64,000 bases of DNA, taken from NCBI GenBank assembly GCA_963770895.1, contig CAVYRF010000002.1, forward strand, positions 5,184,001 to 5,248,000, written 5' to 3'. The number at the start of each line of letters is the position of its first letter. Positions within the stretch are counted from its first letter, which is position 1. Under the pieces are notes generated by a model. It had not been told where the DNA came from, did no database searches, and was given only the letters and a program-made list of their open reading frames with translations. Below, one piece after another: positions 62,192-64,000 of the stretch. A program made the position numbers and the translations under genes. This stretch comes from an uncultured Acidobacteriota bacterium. GTDB taxonomy: Bacteria > Acidobacteriota > Thermoanaerobaculia > Multivoradales > UBA5704.

Positions 62192-63931
62192 TTAACTGCC
62201 TTCAACGCTGAGCGCCTTATGATGATGAATTACCGCTGCAAGATTTGTCAAGAGTGGTGCAAAACCGGTGAAATCGATCGTGCTGGCTTTCGGTCGAATG
62301 ACCTTTTGTGCGAAGATCGCCTTGCCGTAGTGTTTGGCTGTGTCGAGATCATTTCCGATATGGAAGGTCTTCCCTCCAATTGCGGTCTCCTTGATCGCCG
62401 CGTCGAAAAAATCCTCGATCATCGAGGCCGTTGACTCCCCAGCGAGGGGGGTTGCGACGGTGTACAAATTTTTCAGTACGTGGATGAACGGCTCCTTGCC
62501 GGTCCACGTAGTCTTGGAAACATTCTTGACCGCGTTCCTTATGCTTTTACTGCCCGAATCATTATCATGCAGAATAATGACCGGGTTCGTGAAGCCCGGT
62601 GCCCTGAATCGCTTGAGGGCATTCCTGTACGTTTCAATGAGTTTGGCTAGCATTGAAGCTCCGCCATCGCCAAGGCCAAGAAGTCGTGCCGTGCTCGACT
62701 GGGTGTACTTGAACAATCTCACCTTCAGCTTAATTTGACCGTTGGGCATTAACTCGGCCAAGTCTGGGAACTCCGTCGCGAGGCTCCGGATAGCGTGCGT
62801 AAGATAGACATTGTCCGTCTTGCCTTCGCAAATGATGACGGGGATCTCTGGCGCGTAAAATGTGCTGTAGAGCAAGAAGTCGCGATAAACCTTGTCTCTG
62901 GAGCTGCTGCTCTCCTGTGCGGGCTTAGGGTCAGATATCTGGTTATAGACTTCGATGTTGTCAATAAAGCCGAGCATGCCGTGGAGTTCGACGAGCGAAC
63001 CCGACCGCTTCTCCGCAACCGCAGGCTCTTTGTTATGTGTCACGTCTAAGATGTCGAACTTGCCAGTCGTCACAAGGCTGTGCACCATTGCGCGCACGTT
63101 GTGGCGATACTCCCAGCGCACGTTAACCTTGTCGTTGACAACGAGGCCGGTCACGTCTTGACGCGACGAGCGATACATGAGATTGGTCTTTGCGGCGTTG
63201 ATCTGGAATCCTGTGCGCTCAATTACTCGTTGCAGTGCTTCGCTCGCCAGCCAAATATGAGCTTCAGCGCCGTCAGCGCCTGCCTGCACCGCGATCTCGG
63301 CTGGAGGCACTCTCTTGTTGGTGGAAAAGGTTAGGTCGTCCGCGTATCGTGAGTAGGTGCAGCCGGCTTTAGACGCCAGAGCGACCAAGCGCATATCCAA
63401 AAGGTGTGCAATGAGATTGGAAATGATGGGTGAGCAGGGACTTCCTTGAGGTAGGGAGTTGTTGTGACATGCAATCTGCGCAATAACCGTGGCGACCTCC
63501 TCCCGAAGCGCGAAATCGCGATTCTTGAGCAGAAAGCCGCGGACTCTCCCGAAATTAATCGAAGGAAAGAAATCCTTCAGGTCAAGGTTGAAGACCCATC
63601 GGCGTTTTCGGTGTTGTCGGGCGTTGGTGATGATCGAACGTTTACGCTTGAAGCCATGTGCCGCCTGGTCTCTTCGCTGTGCGTCCTCGTTTATTTCGTC
63701 GGTGCAATCTTGCAGCAAATCAGATAGTTTTCGTTGTAGAAGCTTCAGTGGCTCTGAGGGTGCGCTGATTGTTCGTTGCCCACCGTTTCGTTTGGGAATC
63801 TGAAAAGTGGAGTACTTCGTCTCTTGTGGCTGCATGTACAAGATGTACGAGACAGACTTAGGCTTGAAGCCCAGCAGCTTCGCCACGTCGCTTAGCGATG
63901 TCGCTGCCTTTAAGGTGGCAAGTCTGGACAT
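62192..63931 (-). CDS. Retron Ec67-like reverse transcriptase fused to a TOPRIM nuclease
   Basis: IPKRNGG, NARQH (retron region X), DLKDFFPSINFGRVRG, LPQG, YADD, VTG (region Y); C-terminal CEGKTD and HDND TOPRIM motifs. Confidence 0.92.
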   Translation of the reverse strand: MSRLATLKAATSLSDVAKLLGFKPKSVSYILYMQPQETKYSTFQIPKRNGGQRTISAPSEPLKLLQRKLSDLLQDCTDEINEDAQRRDQAAHGFKRKRSIITNARQHRKRRWVFNLDLKDFFPSINFGRVRGFLLKNRDFALREEVATVIAQIACHNNSLPQGSPCSPIISNLIAHLLDMRLVALASKAGCTYSRYADDLTFSTNKRVPPAEIAVQAGADGAEAHIWLASEALQRVIERTGFQINAAKTNLMYRSSRQDVTGLVVNDKVNVRWEYRHNVRAMVHSLVTTGKFDILDVTHNKEPAVAEKRSGSLVELHGMLGFIDNIEVYNQISDPKPAQESSSSRDKVYRDFLLYSTFYAPEIPVIICEGKTDNVYLTHAIRSLATEFPDLAELMPNGQIKLKVRLFKYTQSSTARLLGLGDGGASMLAKLIETYRNALKRFRAPGFTNPVIILHDNDSGSKSIRNAVKNVSKTTWTGKEPFIHVLKNLYTVATPLAGESTASMIEDFFDAAIKETAIGGKTFHIGNDLDTAKHYGKAIFAQKVIRPKASTIDFTGFAPLLTNLAAVIHHHKALSVEGS

Positions 63932-63956
63932 AGATTGTGAGGAGCAACGACTCACC

Positions 63957-64000
63957 GGTACTCTTATGCGTAGGCGTACTACGAACAGCAGAAGGCGCAG
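63957..64000 (-). ncRNA. Probable 3' end of the retron msr-msd ncRNA (truncated by the window)
   Basis: Non-coding sequence just upstream of the RT, …ctgctgttcgtagtacgcctacgcataagagt. It resembles the Ec67 ncRNA 3' arm as recalled; the partner arm is not visible. Confidence 0.5.

Larger units (their letters stand above)
36034..64000. mobile_element. Genomic island / integrative element with rolling-circle rep, IS elements and defence cargo (right end outside the window)
   Basis: Starts at the tRNA fragment followed by AT-rich aaatcaatgattta; visible GC drop; xis-like and rep genes, several IS, a retron. Confidence 0.75.

Noticed and set aside
62192-63931. Group II intron or DGR reverse transcriptase
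   Set aside because: NAxxH and VTG motifs plus the TOPRIM fusion indicate a retron; no maturase domain or TR/VR pair seen.

Overview
High-GC bacterial DNA; the gene content suggests Acidobacteriota/Thermoanaerobaculia (inference). The left ~36 kb holds host-like genes: secreted proteins, an M14 peptidase, a carbamoyltransferase with an SGNH-like partner, a DUF3857/transglutaminase/TPR protein, an RRM protein, a THUMP methyltransferase, a sulfate ABC operon whose CysA carries a USP-like tail, a two-component system, PAP2-LssY and an ABC1 kinase. At ~35982-36033 sits an isolated 3' half of tRNA-Phe (att-like), followed by a visibly lower-GC accessory island that runs off the window end. The island holds orphan antitoxins, an Xis/AlpA-like gene, and a rolling-circle (HUH) rep gene split by an IS4-family element (9-bp TSD). 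It also holds one complete IS21-family element (5-bp TSD), two IS21 remnants, a collagen-like/ankyrin pair and an IS630 splitting a DUF433 gene. A co-oriented minus-strand candidate defence block contains an Ec67-like retron RT-TOPRIM, an Apea-like HEPN protein and two giant adjacent proteins (1267 and 2026 aa) that each begin with a nuclease-like domain. All family calls come from motif recognition by eye; no searches were run.
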